DNA from: Eledone cirrhosa | Taxonomy: Eukaryota | Reading direction: 5' to 3' | Assembly: GCA_964016885.1 (NCBI GenBank) | Contig: CAXHJY010001591.1 | Location: forward strand, 186,001-250,000 | Length of the DNA: 64,000 bases | Part shown: piece by piece, positions 36,531 through 48,318 of the stretch | Position numbering within the stretch: the stretch's first letter is position 1 | How the letters are laid out: each line of letters begins with the position of its first letter | Notes under the pieces: model-generated | The model's input: only the letters and a program-made list of their open reading frames with translations | Databases searched by the model: none | Told to the model about the DNA's origin: nothing | Position numbers and translations under genes: made by a program

Positions 36531-38952
36531 AATTTTAGAACAGATACTCTGCATCCATGTATGTTGTAAGAAATGACTAACAAATGTTGGCATCAGAAAG
36601 GCATCTGGTCATAAAACTCAATTCATGCCAACATAGAAAAGCAGATAGATGTTAAAACAATGCAAAGGAGTTGTTATTGCATGGGATTTAGCATAGCAGT
36701 CTGGATATGTCGCACTCTCTTCATTATCCAGTCCACTTCTGTATGTCTGTTGTTATTCCGTAACGTTAGGTAAGGCCTGATCCGAAAGGTAATACGAGAT
36801 TGATGTGCTATTTACTGCACTTAGTTCTATTCTCAGCTGTCTGTGTTTCCTGTAGCTATATCATCAGAAGTAAAACATCAGTGGCACTAAATTTCGTTTT
36901 TTATTGAGTAATAGGGATCCTGTAGAGATGAAAGACATTGTCATGTAGGTACACAGACCCACCTTCTCAGTTATGTCCCTACTGAGCTGAGGACCATACT
37001 GCACTTTTTGACACGTTGGTTAATTTTATGGAGTGCAGTATGACAGTCCAAATATTTACTGTCTCCAATGTCAATGTGCTCCTACACATTCTGGTGGTAG
37101 TGGTGATCACAACAGAAGCTGCCAAAATAAATTCAATCAGAGTATGTCTCACTGCAATTATCATTGAGGGTATTCATCCTAACATTTCTCTGCAAAATGG
37201 AAAGGAGTACAACCCACCTAAGGAGGCAGCCTTGTGCAGTAGAGTGGCTGATGCAACAGGCATTGCTGGCTGTTCTCTGTAGTGATGCTGAGATATACCT
37301 TCTTGACTAGGAGTAGAGTTTGCTACATCTTCCCACTTTTCCTTACTTTCACTAATTTCTTTTGATATGCATATGTTGATGTATTGTAAATATACTTCGA
37401 CAATAAAAGCTTTGTTACTCCATTTACACTCCTAGCATATTGATTGAGGGTTAATGAAACTATTGATTTTTTTTTTATTATATGGTTATTATATTTATCT
37501 GGACTGAACAAAATTGGGGTAGCCTGTGTGTGTTTACTCAGGTTGCTAAAAATAGCATAGGATTCTCCCTCAAATCGCATCCTACCTTCTTAAAAAGGGA
37601 AAGACATGTTGGATAATGTAGTTCTAAATACATTATCTCAGAAAATAAGGCAGGAGGCCCATGGTGTGAGTACATTTAATTATAGGTCTGCTGCTGAATC
37701 AAAGCTGACCTGTGACAAAACAGTAGCAATAAATAGTACTCTAATGTGGAACAGACTTGTCCCTGTTATGAACTGAAGTATTTTCCAGCTCTCAAGAAGA
37801 AATCTAGCATTTAGTATGCAGTCTTGGCAAATTTATTGATTAGTGATAGCCATGAAAGGTCATTAGAGATTATCAAGTCAAGCATTTAAGGAGATTGCTA
37901 CAGTTTTAACAATGTTGTTCACAAGTAGGTGGAAATATAGTATTATGTGTTATCTCAATTTCTTACAATGATAGTATTTTAATTCTGTTGAACAAGGCTA
38001 CTATTGTAATGACTTTGACAAGCAAAGCTGGCATAGTTATTGACAAGAGTTGAGTGAAGAATCAAAGGTAGATGTAAAGTTTGTGATAATCAAAATTAAG
38101 TGGCTCCAGAGGACAGAAAAGTTAGAATGGGTGCTAGATCTGTTACTTGAAAGAAGTAAATTCAATGAAGCATAACACTAGTGTCAGGAAAAAAGCCCTA
38201 CTTTCTTTTTTCTGTAAACAGCAGTTGACAATCAGAAAGGCATTCAACTGTAATAAAACACAATGGGGTTTATTTATGGTTGCACAGCCAACTAGAAATG
38301 GCAGCTATATCCTTTTCAAATGACACCCTATAATCTTGAAAAATGGACACAATGGATAGTGTGATCTTAAATGCTCACAGATGAAAAATTGACTGTACAC
38401 CTTATCCCCTTCCCAAATCCAGCTTTTTCCAGAAACTAGAAATCAATTTTATCATTCAAATATTAAAAAGTTTCCTTTTTAAGCCTTTTTCTCTTTAACC
38501 TATCTGTGTGTGTGAGAGAGAAGGGGAGGGGATAGTGTGTGCTGCTTTTCAATTTTAGCAATGGATAGGATAGTTTTTGTTGGATCAAAAGTTATTACAG
38601 CTGGATGTCTTTCATATTGATAGCTACTTAACGTTGAGAATAGAATGCTATTTTTTATAGTCAGTCAAGGAATGCTGTAGCAAATAGAGAAGAGCTGAAG
38701 TGTATGAATGGCTACAAGTAGGACATTAAGACATTTGATAACTACTTACTTGTGAGCAGCTCTGGTTCTATTATTGAAATTGTTCTCACTGTAAAATGTT
38801 TATATTTATATTAGAATAAATTATAATTTTATTTAAGAAACTTTTGTTAAATTATGTTTTGTCCCTATTTTATTAATTTTACTAAATTCCATCAAATTTT
38901 TGATTATTTTCAAAATTAATTGAAACATAGTCAATGTATTTCAGCATATTAA

Positions 38953-39125
38953 CCCTTTAGCATTCAAACCAGCTGTATCTGGCCAGAATTCTCTCACCTA
39001 TTTCTGTTCAAACCGGCCATAACTAGCCACTTATACTGATGTTAAGGTAATGTTCTTAAAATAAATAATATCAAAATCTCATAGATTCAATATAATGTGA
39101 GATAAAGCCTTTACTGTGAAAAAGC
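38953..39125. mobile_element. piggyBac-type MITE family 1, right end lost
   Basis: TTAA-CCCTTTAGCATTC; reverse complement of 3600-3787. Confidence 0.75.
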
Positions 39126-40288
39126 TGAAGTCTAAAAACTACAGCACTTGTCACCTTTATATTTCCAAGGTGACTAGATAATTGTTTTGTTTTGTTTTCA
39201 CTCAGTCTAAAATAATACACAAGATGATATTGTATAGAAAGATAACCTGTCTCATTTATATCATTATCATCATCATTTTATGTCTGCTTATTCTGCTGGC
39301 ATGGATTGAATGGGTTGTCACGGCCTGGTGACTACATGGATCAAAGAACCACATCTTGCTATATGTTCTATATTTTGGAATGTCTTCTATGGATAGATAC
39401 CCAGTTATATTCTTGTTTCTGTTTGTCATAAGTTGTGGTTTGCTATAAGTTCTCTTCATAGGCAGAAAGATGAACAACCAACTAGTTGTGACGCATGTAA
39501 AAGAAGCGATGTTGTCAACATTTTTTGGTCTTTAGGACCTTGATGCCCAACTCGTTTGGATATCTTTCATAATTTGCTCAACTTTTCGTAAATACATTTG
39601 TTTAGATCTACTACCTGATAGATAAGACTTAAAAATGAGGAGTAAGTGGTCATCTTCACTTTGGTGTAATGGTAGCGCAGTCAACCAGCAAACAGCAAAT
39701 GTGAGCTAGAATCCCACAGGCAATGCTGACCACTTTTTTGTCTCTAGGAACTTATATGACCAATTAGTTCAAATATTTTTCATAGTCAAAAAACCTGCAT
39801 GGAAGCAACTTACTTTAAGCTAATATACATTCAAAATTTAATCCCTATATCTTTCTTTGTACAAAGAGAATAACAAATTGTTTACATTTGTTCTTTTTGC
39901 GCTTTTCATGTTAGTCTAAAAAACAAAGACAAAGAAAAATATACAATAAAAACACTAACAACAACTATAATTTGCATTATTATAATTTAGTAATGTAAGC
40001 AACTGATGCCATACATCAACATAAAAGTTAGAACAGTCTTATATAATGATTTATAACAGATTTAAGGTCACACATTATATTTGATACTCATTTTAGAAAA
40101 TCCCTAGGAAGGATGAAAAGCAAAGTTGACTCTGGTGGACTCTGGTTCAGCACTTTATTGATTCTACTAATTCAACAAACAGCCTAGAATCTCTAATATA
40201 TAATACCTCTTGTGTTTGGTTTGTTGGTTCGATGTCACATTTGACAAAATATAGGGAGACAGTGAGAGAGAGAGAAAGAGAGAATTAA

Positions 40289-40486
40289 CCCTTTAGCATC
40301 TAAACCAGCCACATCCGGCCAGAATTTTCTCACCTCTTTCTGTTCAAACTGGTTGCTCATACTGATGTTAAGGTATTGTTCTCAAAATAAATAATATCAA
40401 AATCTCATAGCTTCAATATTATGTTAGATAAAGTGTTTACCATGAAAATATAATAGTAAATATAGAGTAATGTAAATGCTGAAGGG
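40289..40486. mobile_element. piggyBac-type MITE family 1
   Basis: TTAA-CCCTTTAGCATCTA...TAAATGCTGAAGGG-TTAA. Confidence 0.85.
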
Positions 40487-41585
40487 TTAAAATATGGATT
40501 GAAGTAGTATACATACTGAGTGAGGTGGCAGACAAAGAGTGAGAAAGAAAAATAAAGACTATACTGGAACACATGCAAGCACATATTCACAAACACACAC
40601 ACACACACACAAGTAATTGTTATCTGCTTAAAGCAAAGTTAAGTTTTATTTTCACATTTTTTTTTACAAATGGAATATACATTTATGAAAATATATATTC
40701 CTTTTCTCAAATCACTGCTTTATTTGTATTTCATACTGTTTGGATTATTTTGGCCAAAAGAAGGCATAGTGAATTAATTAGTTACTTCTTTCATATATAT
40801 ATATACTCCCATTTAACTCATGCTAGCGTGGAAAGTGGACATTAAACGACGATGATGGTGAGTAAAATTAGTATTTTAATAATATTTAACAAAGGCCACA
40901 ATTGGTGGTGGTGATGCTGGAGAGAAGTATAGTTAATTCTATCAACCCCAGTATATGATTAGTACTTTATTTTATTGACCCTAGTAGTATAAAAGGTAAA
41001 GTTTACTCTGGCAGGATTTAAACTGAGTCTATTTTAATTAATATTTGTAATAAAGGCATCGAGTGTGATTACATTTTTTTTTTTAAATATATGATTTGTT
41101 ATAAATTATCACCTCCTTCATTCAGTCCCATAATTATTTAATACATCTAATGTTTCCTTTCATTTGCTGTCCATGTAGCAGTGCTTTGTAGAGTTCTTTT
41201 GATCTACTGCTCCTGTGACAAATTAAAAAAAAAACATTATCATGGTTATCATTATCATCATCATTATCAGACACATATATAGTCCTATTTCCATTAAAGT
41301 GAAATTTCCAGACACAAAATAAAAGAAAAATGAAACAAACAGACAAACAAGAAAACAAAATTACTTTCTGCATATATGCTGCTACAAGTGAAAATTGTAC
41401 ATCATGCAAACAAACAGTAAGATATGTGTTCTTGTTGCAGCATATAAACACAAAATAAACACATTTCATTATTTTCAATGAAACGGGAAGTATGTTTAGG
41501 TTTTCTAATTTATGTCATGCGATTTCATTTACACAAAGAAGACGAAATATATAGTTTCTGCTGCATTCTTAGTATTATTTTTATA

Positions 41586-41885
41586 TCATCATCGTCGTCG
41601 TTTAACGTCCATCTTCCACGCTAGCATGGGTTAGACGGTTTTGTTCCATTTGATGCGGGAATAGTCGGGAGACTGTCTCGCTCATACGGAAGTGTCTCTG
41701 GCAGGTTTTTTACAGCTGGATGCCCTTCCTAACACCAACCACATTTACAGTGTGGACTGGGAGCCTTTTTACCAGGTCTCCTACACGACCACCTTACAGT
41801 TTAGACGTGTCATCAACACAGTGGACGGAATGGAAATGGGAGGATGAGGTAGGGTGTATATTGGGTTAAGAGGTGCCTACTGACT
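41586..41885 (-). mobile_element. Stand-alone RTE composite tail / SINE-like element
   Basis: Reverse complement of the 2222-2558 type; similar plus copy at ~52590-52820. Confidence 0.8.
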
Positions 41886-41889
41886 TAAT

Positions 41890-42095
41890 ATCACTTAATA
41901 TTAGATCAGTCCAAGGAATTAATGTTTCCATTGATCTTTCCAATTATTGATACTATCTCCCAGTCACAACAACTGGCAGAAGGAGCAACGTTAAATAAAG
42001 TGTCTTGCTCAAGGACATAACGCATCCCCTGGTCCAAAGAATTGAATTACGATTGTGAATCTAATTCTCAAATCACTAAGCCATGCACTTTCACT
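41890..42095 (-). mobile_element. Decayed tRNA-headed SINE (second family)
   Basis: Minus TGGCTTAGTG...TGTCCTTGAGCAAGACACTTTA; related head at 51161-51260 (+) with A- and B-box. Confidence 0.55.
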
Positions 42096-42097
42096 AA

Positions 42098-42770
42098 ATA
42101 TATATAGTAATTTAAGGTATCACAACATATATAATATGTATGATGTATGTATATATAGAAAGATAAAGAGCCATATATCGTTTGAGAAACATAGTATTTT
42201 GTACAAATATAAAGAACATAATATTTAGGAAAAAATACGTACTTTGAGATGGAAAAGTTCTTCTTTTCATATGTACATCTTAGATTAGTATATATATTTG
42301 TAGAGCTGCTTATACTGTGACTAGCACTTAGCACCTCTTTCTAGCAGATACGATGTCCAGTCCTATCTATATCTGCCGCCACAGTTAAAATGTTCTCACA
42401 TCATGCTGTCTATGGTTATGGCCTAACTCTCACATCCCGACATATAAAAGTATTTTGTACTCTATACTCTATTGGAATTTATTCAAAGACGAATTCCTCT
42501 GATGATTGTTTTGCGTCTCCCGTAGCTTTACCAAAATCGATAGTTGGTGATTGATGATTGATCGCTTAGATCAATTTTTGTTACAGTTTACAAAACCATA
42601 AAATGGTACCATAAGGAAAGAAGAACTTTTCCACCTTAAAGTATGTATTTTTTCCTAAATATTATGTGCTTTATATATGTACAAAATACTATGTGTTTCT
42701 TAAACGATATATGGCTTTCTCTCTCTATATATATACATATATCTTTTAATTTGAACTATAAATATATATA
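42098..42770. repeat. Long inverted repeat (~130-170 bp arms, ~330 bp spacer), MITE/fold-back-like
   Basis: 42150-42276 is the imperfect reverse complement of 42606-42740; (TA)n at both outer ends. Confidence 0.85.
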
Positions 42771-42989
42771 TATATATATCATAAATGTTGGAGGTGAAAT
42801 ATATTTTTTATCCTAAGTTTTCTGGAGTGTTTTGAAAGAATCTGAGTTTCAAAGCTGTCAGAAATTATTTCTATTTTGGATAACCGAGAAGGGAGGCATC
42901 CTTATAATTTTCAGATTTGGAATGAAATTTATGTTTTGTAAAAATTTACCACATATATATATATTATATAAATAATACTGGCAATTATT

Positions 42990-43190
42990 GGCAAACTATT
43001 TTCTTTTGCCTGTGGCATTCAAGATGTTTAGGGAAGCTGGGCCGCTGACTACGAAATTCTAGTCATCGTTGATGGCTTGCCTTACTGAGATATCAGGTGA
43101 TGCCCATGAGGGTGCTTGGTCATTCAAACACCTTAGCTTTATAGTCACCTGTGGTAATGCTGCAAGCATGTTTGCTTGCCCCCAAAAGTA
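42990..43190 (+). mobile_element. Decayed CRE-like RLE 3' fragment
   Basis: GSWA..LTEISGDAHEG..HLSFIVTCGNAASM, comparable to the FQRISL..RGN end of CRE-like copies. Confidence 0.55.
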
Positions 43191-43269
43191 TTAAAGGCAG
43201 GTTCTGGCGCCCCATGTGGTGTGTGCCTGATAGACACATTTAGTGTTGAATTAATATTTTTGGCATTAT

Positions 43270-44500
43270 TACAGAAAGATATCACTGATTTCAATGGAAA
43301 ATAATTTTTTTCCCTCGATTTTTCCATGTATTATCAATTAAGCTTACCTCCTAAAACCCTTGGTAAATTTATAGAACACCCCACTCAATTTCAATGGGAA
43401 ATAAATTTTTTTTTCAGTTTTTCATGTGCTATCAACTAATCTAACCTTCAAGATGCTGACAATCGACTTTTTTCCCAAAGAACAGAATGGGTGAGGTGGC
43501 TCCCCCTGCCATGCTCACAGTTTCCTCTACAATATTTTTCGCCCGTTATCAACGAATATGACCTACAAACCAGTTAGAAACGACTAGATTTGTAGAAAAA
43601 GTAGAGCAAAAGGAGACAAAAAGATCATTATTGTTTCGCAGATCAACACACCTCGCGTTTGGTGGAAAATAATTATTTTTCCTTGTTTTTTCTGGATCTC
43701 TTTTCCTAGAAGACGGAAACCCTAACCTTAATCATGGAAAAAAAAAGTCTATTGCAAGCATCTAAGAGGTCCAGAAAAAACAAAATAAGGGAAGATAATT
43801 ATTTCCCAGCAAACTCAAGAGGTATGTAGATCTACAAAATTCTGAGGTCTTTTCGTACCCTTTCCCCACCACTCCTTTTCTACAAATGCAGTTGTTTCCG
43901 ACTGGTTTCGGGGTCCTATTCGTTGATAACATTTGGAACAAACCGTTCTCCGGAAAAAAAAAGTTGATTGGCAGCATCTTGGAGGTTAGATTAGTTGATA
44001 GTACACGAAAAAAACGGGAAAAAACATTTTTTTCAAAAGTGAAATCGAGTGGAGTGATCTATAATAATACCAAGCCCTTTTCCACCGGAAAAGGGAAAAG
44101 GAGAGGGGCGACCCTCCGACGACTTTTCAGCCCCCGTGTTTTCTTTGCAATTTCTTTTTTTTCCCTCGTTTAATTTTTTTTTTTTTATCGTGTGCTACCA
44201 ACTAATCTTATCTCCGAACATACTGCAAATGACATTTTCCCCGGAAAACGGCGGTAGAGGGGGACCCTCGGACTTTTCACCTCTGGCTCCACCCTTCCTC
44301 GTAGTTAGAATTAAAGTTAGGGTTAGGGGGTAAAATAAATCCGGGAGGCGGGGTAGATTCGGGGGTCCTCCTCCGTTTTCCGTGGAAAATATTTTGCAGC
44401 ATATTAGGAAGTAAGTTTCATAAGACACGAAAAAAATAAAACACAGGTAGAATTGATTTGCTGCGGAAATCAGTGGAGGTGTCATTCTATAAATTTATCA
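43270..44500. repeat. Modular fold-back element with ~330-bp imperfect palindrome arms and TTAGGG-like units
   Basis: 43359-43700 inverted against 43765-44074; extra subunits at 43275-43350, 44150-44250, 44400-44500; CCCTAA at ~43720, (GTTAGG)2 at ~44316. Confidence 0.75.
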
Positions 44501-45127
44501 TTTTTTGTTTCGGTTTGATTTTATATTTTTATGTGAAATATTTATGTAATTAAATATTGTATATATTATTTGCTTACATTTTGTAAGATTATAAATAATC
44601 GGTAATGTTATTTATACAATTGTGAATACATATATGAAACAATATATTGATTGTATAACGATGTCTGGAACGATTTCGTATTATTTCCTATTTCTATGAA
44701 AATGTATCGCCCGATTCACCTGATTTATTGCGTATAAGAGTTAGGGTTTCCTCGCCAGCTTGTGTGAGCAGTGAACACGAAATGAATTCGATGTAGTATT
44801 GGACGAGATATTTTAATTTTCTTCAAATGAGATCGATTAGCAATGATACCTTGAAAAATGTTACGGTGTATATATTCTTGTAGAAGCATTTAAACAGAAT
44901 CTAAGTACATTTCGTTGTTTCCGATTTTTTTTTCTCTCTTATACTTCTAATTAGTTTCGACGTGTCACGAAAATAGAAAACAATTCTGTTGTTTATACTT
45001 TTACCGTGCCTTTGAAGTAAATAACGAAACCATCATCACTATTAAATTATACTGATATTATGTTGTGGTTAAATGTTTATATTTAATATAATGTTGTTTC
45101 TGTAACAAATAATAATCATTACCTCTT

Positions 45128-45427
45128 CTACATATTTTCTACTGCAATCTTAAATTCTTCGATTCGTTTCTGTATTTCGCGCACAAGTTCAGCCTCTTTG
45201 GCCCTTGGGTGATCCTTAACGTAAGCAGCAATAGACAGAATGGTTTGGTTCCTGAGAGATTCGATTTTCGGTTCATCAGAGAGCCTCAGCCATGATTCGT
45301 GTGCGACCCTACCCATAGTGATAGCTTTGTAAAAAGTCGAATCTCCATTATTAAGCCAATATAATGCCGACATCTGCTGCAGTAATTCCACATCGCTCAT
45401 CTGACCTGGTGTGTTAGCCGCATTCAT
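45128..45427 (-). CDS. 99-aa conserved-looking helical protein of unknown function
   Basis: Clean ORF, ACCATG start context, acceptor TTATTTAG| 13 nt upstream of ATG, no TE motifs; from memory resembles small uncharacterised animal proteins such as zebrafish si:ch211-191j22.3 (SDxELLQQM..LxWL..ILSIA.FV..xPRA); not verified. Confidence 0.8.
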   Translation of the reverse strand: MNAANTPGQMSDVELLQQMSALYWLNNGDSTFYKAITMGRVAHESWLRLSDEPKIESLRNQTILSIAAYVKDHPRAKEAELVREIQKRIEEFKIAVENM

Positions 45428-45440
45428 GGTACTTTGTTGT

Positions 45441-45555
45441 CTAAATAATAAACAAAACTGCTAAATGGTAACTAAAATAACCTTTTCTTGTGAAAATATT
45501 TATTTACTGCGGACCTCGTGTTGCTAACGCCTTCATATATTTATTTACTTCCAAT
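45441..45555 (-). promoter_or_regulatory. Putative 67-nt 5'-UTR intron, short first exon and ETS site for the 99-aa gene
   Basis: Minus GCA|GTAAAT donor at 45507, AG acceptor at 45442-45441, GGAAGT at 45547-45552. Confidence 0.45.
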
Positions 45556-45789
45556 TTACATAGCACAACTTATTTATTGATAATGGATTGTAAAATATTA
45601 GTACATTTTTTTCTGTTTCGTTCTTAGATCCTGACTATTCTATTTACTTGTCTTTCTTTTTCTTTTCTTTTTTTTTTTTGTCGCATATACAACCCTATCT
45701 TTCTTATTTCTACCCACTCTTTCTCTCTCTCAATTATGTATTACTCTTACTATCATTTCAATATATATATATGAAATGTGTCAAACAGA

Positions 45790-46650
45790 GTGGTTAATCC
45801 GTATGGTGAGCAAATGGGGTCCCACGTGCTGACCTCCCCACAGGTCCGGCGGACAGAATGGAGAAGACGTTTCCCCAGAGGATGGTAAGGAAGATGCGCT
45901 GGAAGAGACATTCCAACTCGCGAGCCTCACACCTGCGGCTGGACAGCTCAGCGCCTATGGTGGTGAATAGGGAGGTAGCCCTAGGGCCAAGGACACCAGA
46001 AGTCTCCACTGCCAAGGGCACGACCACGAACCTGTCGGAGAGCGACCGGTACTTGGAGAGTTTGACCTCCTCAGCCCGACGTGCAGCAATAACTGGGTTA
46101 GTCGCAGACTGCACCAGGTTGTGGCTGGAGAAAGTGTCGTTGCAAGTGGCATCCCAGACGAGAGGTTTGCCACCGCGGAACGGGAAGATGGTCATACCGT
46201 CTGGCCTTTTGCCTTCTTCTTAGTCCAACCCCACCGGCTCGAGCTGGGAGGGGAAGCCTGCAGCGTCCAAGCCATGCTTTATGACCTCGTTGAGGACAGC
46301 ATGGCATGGAAGGCTGCCGGCACTGTGGTGACAGGAAAGCGGGTGGAGGCCAAAAGAGTCTACAGTGATATTTATGTTGCTCACAGATCCTGAGTCCAAG
46401 CCTCAAGGAAATGCCGATGCGCAGGCTGCATGCCAGAGGAGAAGGAGGGCAAGGCATGGAGCCAGGCACCACTGTGCGAAAACAGGCAAGGTGGTGCTGG
46501 TTGAGCTGGCGTGTGAGCCTGGCTACACTGGATGACATCCTATATGCTGGGGGGGGGGGGCTTGACGTTAGCAGGGGAGAAGGAGGAGGGGCGTCTACTG
46601 GGCTAAGTTCCAGCCTGTCCCATGTCTCGCAGGCGGCCTCACGTTCCCTG
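45790..46650 (-). mobile_element. CRE-like non-LTR fragment (zinc knuckle relic + RLE)
   Basis: LRIGISLRLGL, RPDGMTIFPFRGGKPLVWDATCNDT, AEEVKLSKY, PLAVETSGVLGP, FQRIFL..GN. Confidence 0.85.
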
Positions 46651-46929
46651 TTACTTTTATCCACTCTTTCTCACTCTCTATCTTACTTTTTATCCCCCTC
46701 CCTCTGTTTTTCTCATTCTCTTTCTTATTATTATTCTCTTTATCTCACCGTCTTACTTTTAATCTGTCTTTTATATTCTCTATCTTACTTTTAACCTCCA
46801 ACTTTTTCTCATTTCTCTTTCCCATTCCTTGTCTTTTAAGTCTCCCTTTCTTGCTGTCTTATCCATTTTCTATCTTCTCCGTCTTCCTTCCTTCTCACTT
46901 TTACCCAACTCCCTATCAGTATAATATAT

Positions 46930-48290
46930 TATATTTTCTGAACATTTTGCATTAATGGTGAGTTATGGGACATACATAAACAGAACCGGTTATTAAGTGT
47001 ATATGACAAAAAGAAAAGAAAAAAGAATAAAGAGGGAGGAGAGATGGACAGGGAGTAAACTGTATACCCTTCGCTGGGTGGCATATCAGGACAGATAAGG
47101 TGACAAAACTTGGGGCCTGGAGAACAGTTATTGATACCTACTGTATCAGCCATTCTACCTTTGGAACTCTTTCTTCAGGTGTGATGCCCTCATCTCGATT
47201 TGTTGGAGGAAAATGACTAAGGACTGCGGACAAATGGTAACTGGTTCAAAAAAGAATTGGTGACTAAACCCTGGTATTTGGTCATCTACTGCTCCTCTCT
47301 GTGGAATTTAGTGTGATAAGGTTAGTATCAGAGAGAGTGTCGCAACATGTGGCATGCTAGATGAGTGACACTGCCCTCAAAAGAGGAAAGTGTTATCCCA
47401 GGTCCCAATTGTGATTTGAAAATGACTAAATTGAATCTCCTCATAATGTTTTAGCAAAAAGGTCTTTTAGCTGTATAAAGTATTGGTAGCAGAAAGATAC
47501 TTGGTAAAAGAAGATATAAATTGGTAAGGCTGTGTGTTCATGTTCAATAGTGAGGAAAGGATCAGAAGGCATATTTAAACATAATAATGGTTTATTTTCT
47601 TCCAACCATATTAATAAATGTTGTAGGAGAGTGAAGAGCTGCAAATTAAGGCATAGTTAAGTTGAACGGTAAAAATGTAATTCTCCTAAGAAAATCCAGA
47701 ATGTAGTTATATTGTTCTTGAGGTAGGAAGAATGTTGCTGGGCCCTTGTCGAGGGGGCCAAAGTTTCTTGTTAAGTGCTACATCTTGCTAGTATGCATCG
47801 ACCAGGAATGTAATTTGTGAGGTCTGTTGTCGACAAAGTGAAAAGCTGCAACAGTTGGGTAGAAGTGGAAAAAGGCGCGAAGCAGCTGCTGGGCGGAAAT
47901 CATCCTTTGTATTCATACACCGCCAACCCTAAGGACTGGCAAATGACAAAGCACGACCAAATTATTCCGCAGCTATGAAATAGTACCATTGTTTGTTACA
48001 ATGTCATTCAAAGTGGTGTTGTAAGGAAAACAATCTGCACTGTAGCGAGAATAGTGTAGCCCAAACTTGTCAACTGTGGTTCCACAGTGGCAATTGTGTC
48101 ACTCACTCATGCTGAGGTCAAAGTACAGAATTGACTCTGATGAATATGGTATCAATTGATGAAGGAAACACTGAATTGAGTCACATGCCACTGTTTGGTT
48201 GTTAGGTAGTCAGGAGGCAGGCAAGATGGTGTTGGTTGAGGCAAGACTGGCTGAACTACAGTTGATGTCATCACAGTTACATTTGGCCTG
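46930..48290 (-). mobile_element. Possible highly decayed gypsy-like relic
   Basis: Faint motifs only (ITFLVD protease-like near 47800; PSDPFLTI near 47550). Confidence 0.3.
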
Positions 48291-48318
48291 GAGAACACTG
48301 CTAATTTTATTACTATCT

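Noticed and set aside
39661-39720. tRNA-like A/B boxes (also 51161-51225)
   Set aside because: No complete cloverleaf; consistent with decayed SINE heads.
44310-44330. Interstitial telomere
   Set aside because: Only two TTAGGG units, inside a fold-back element.
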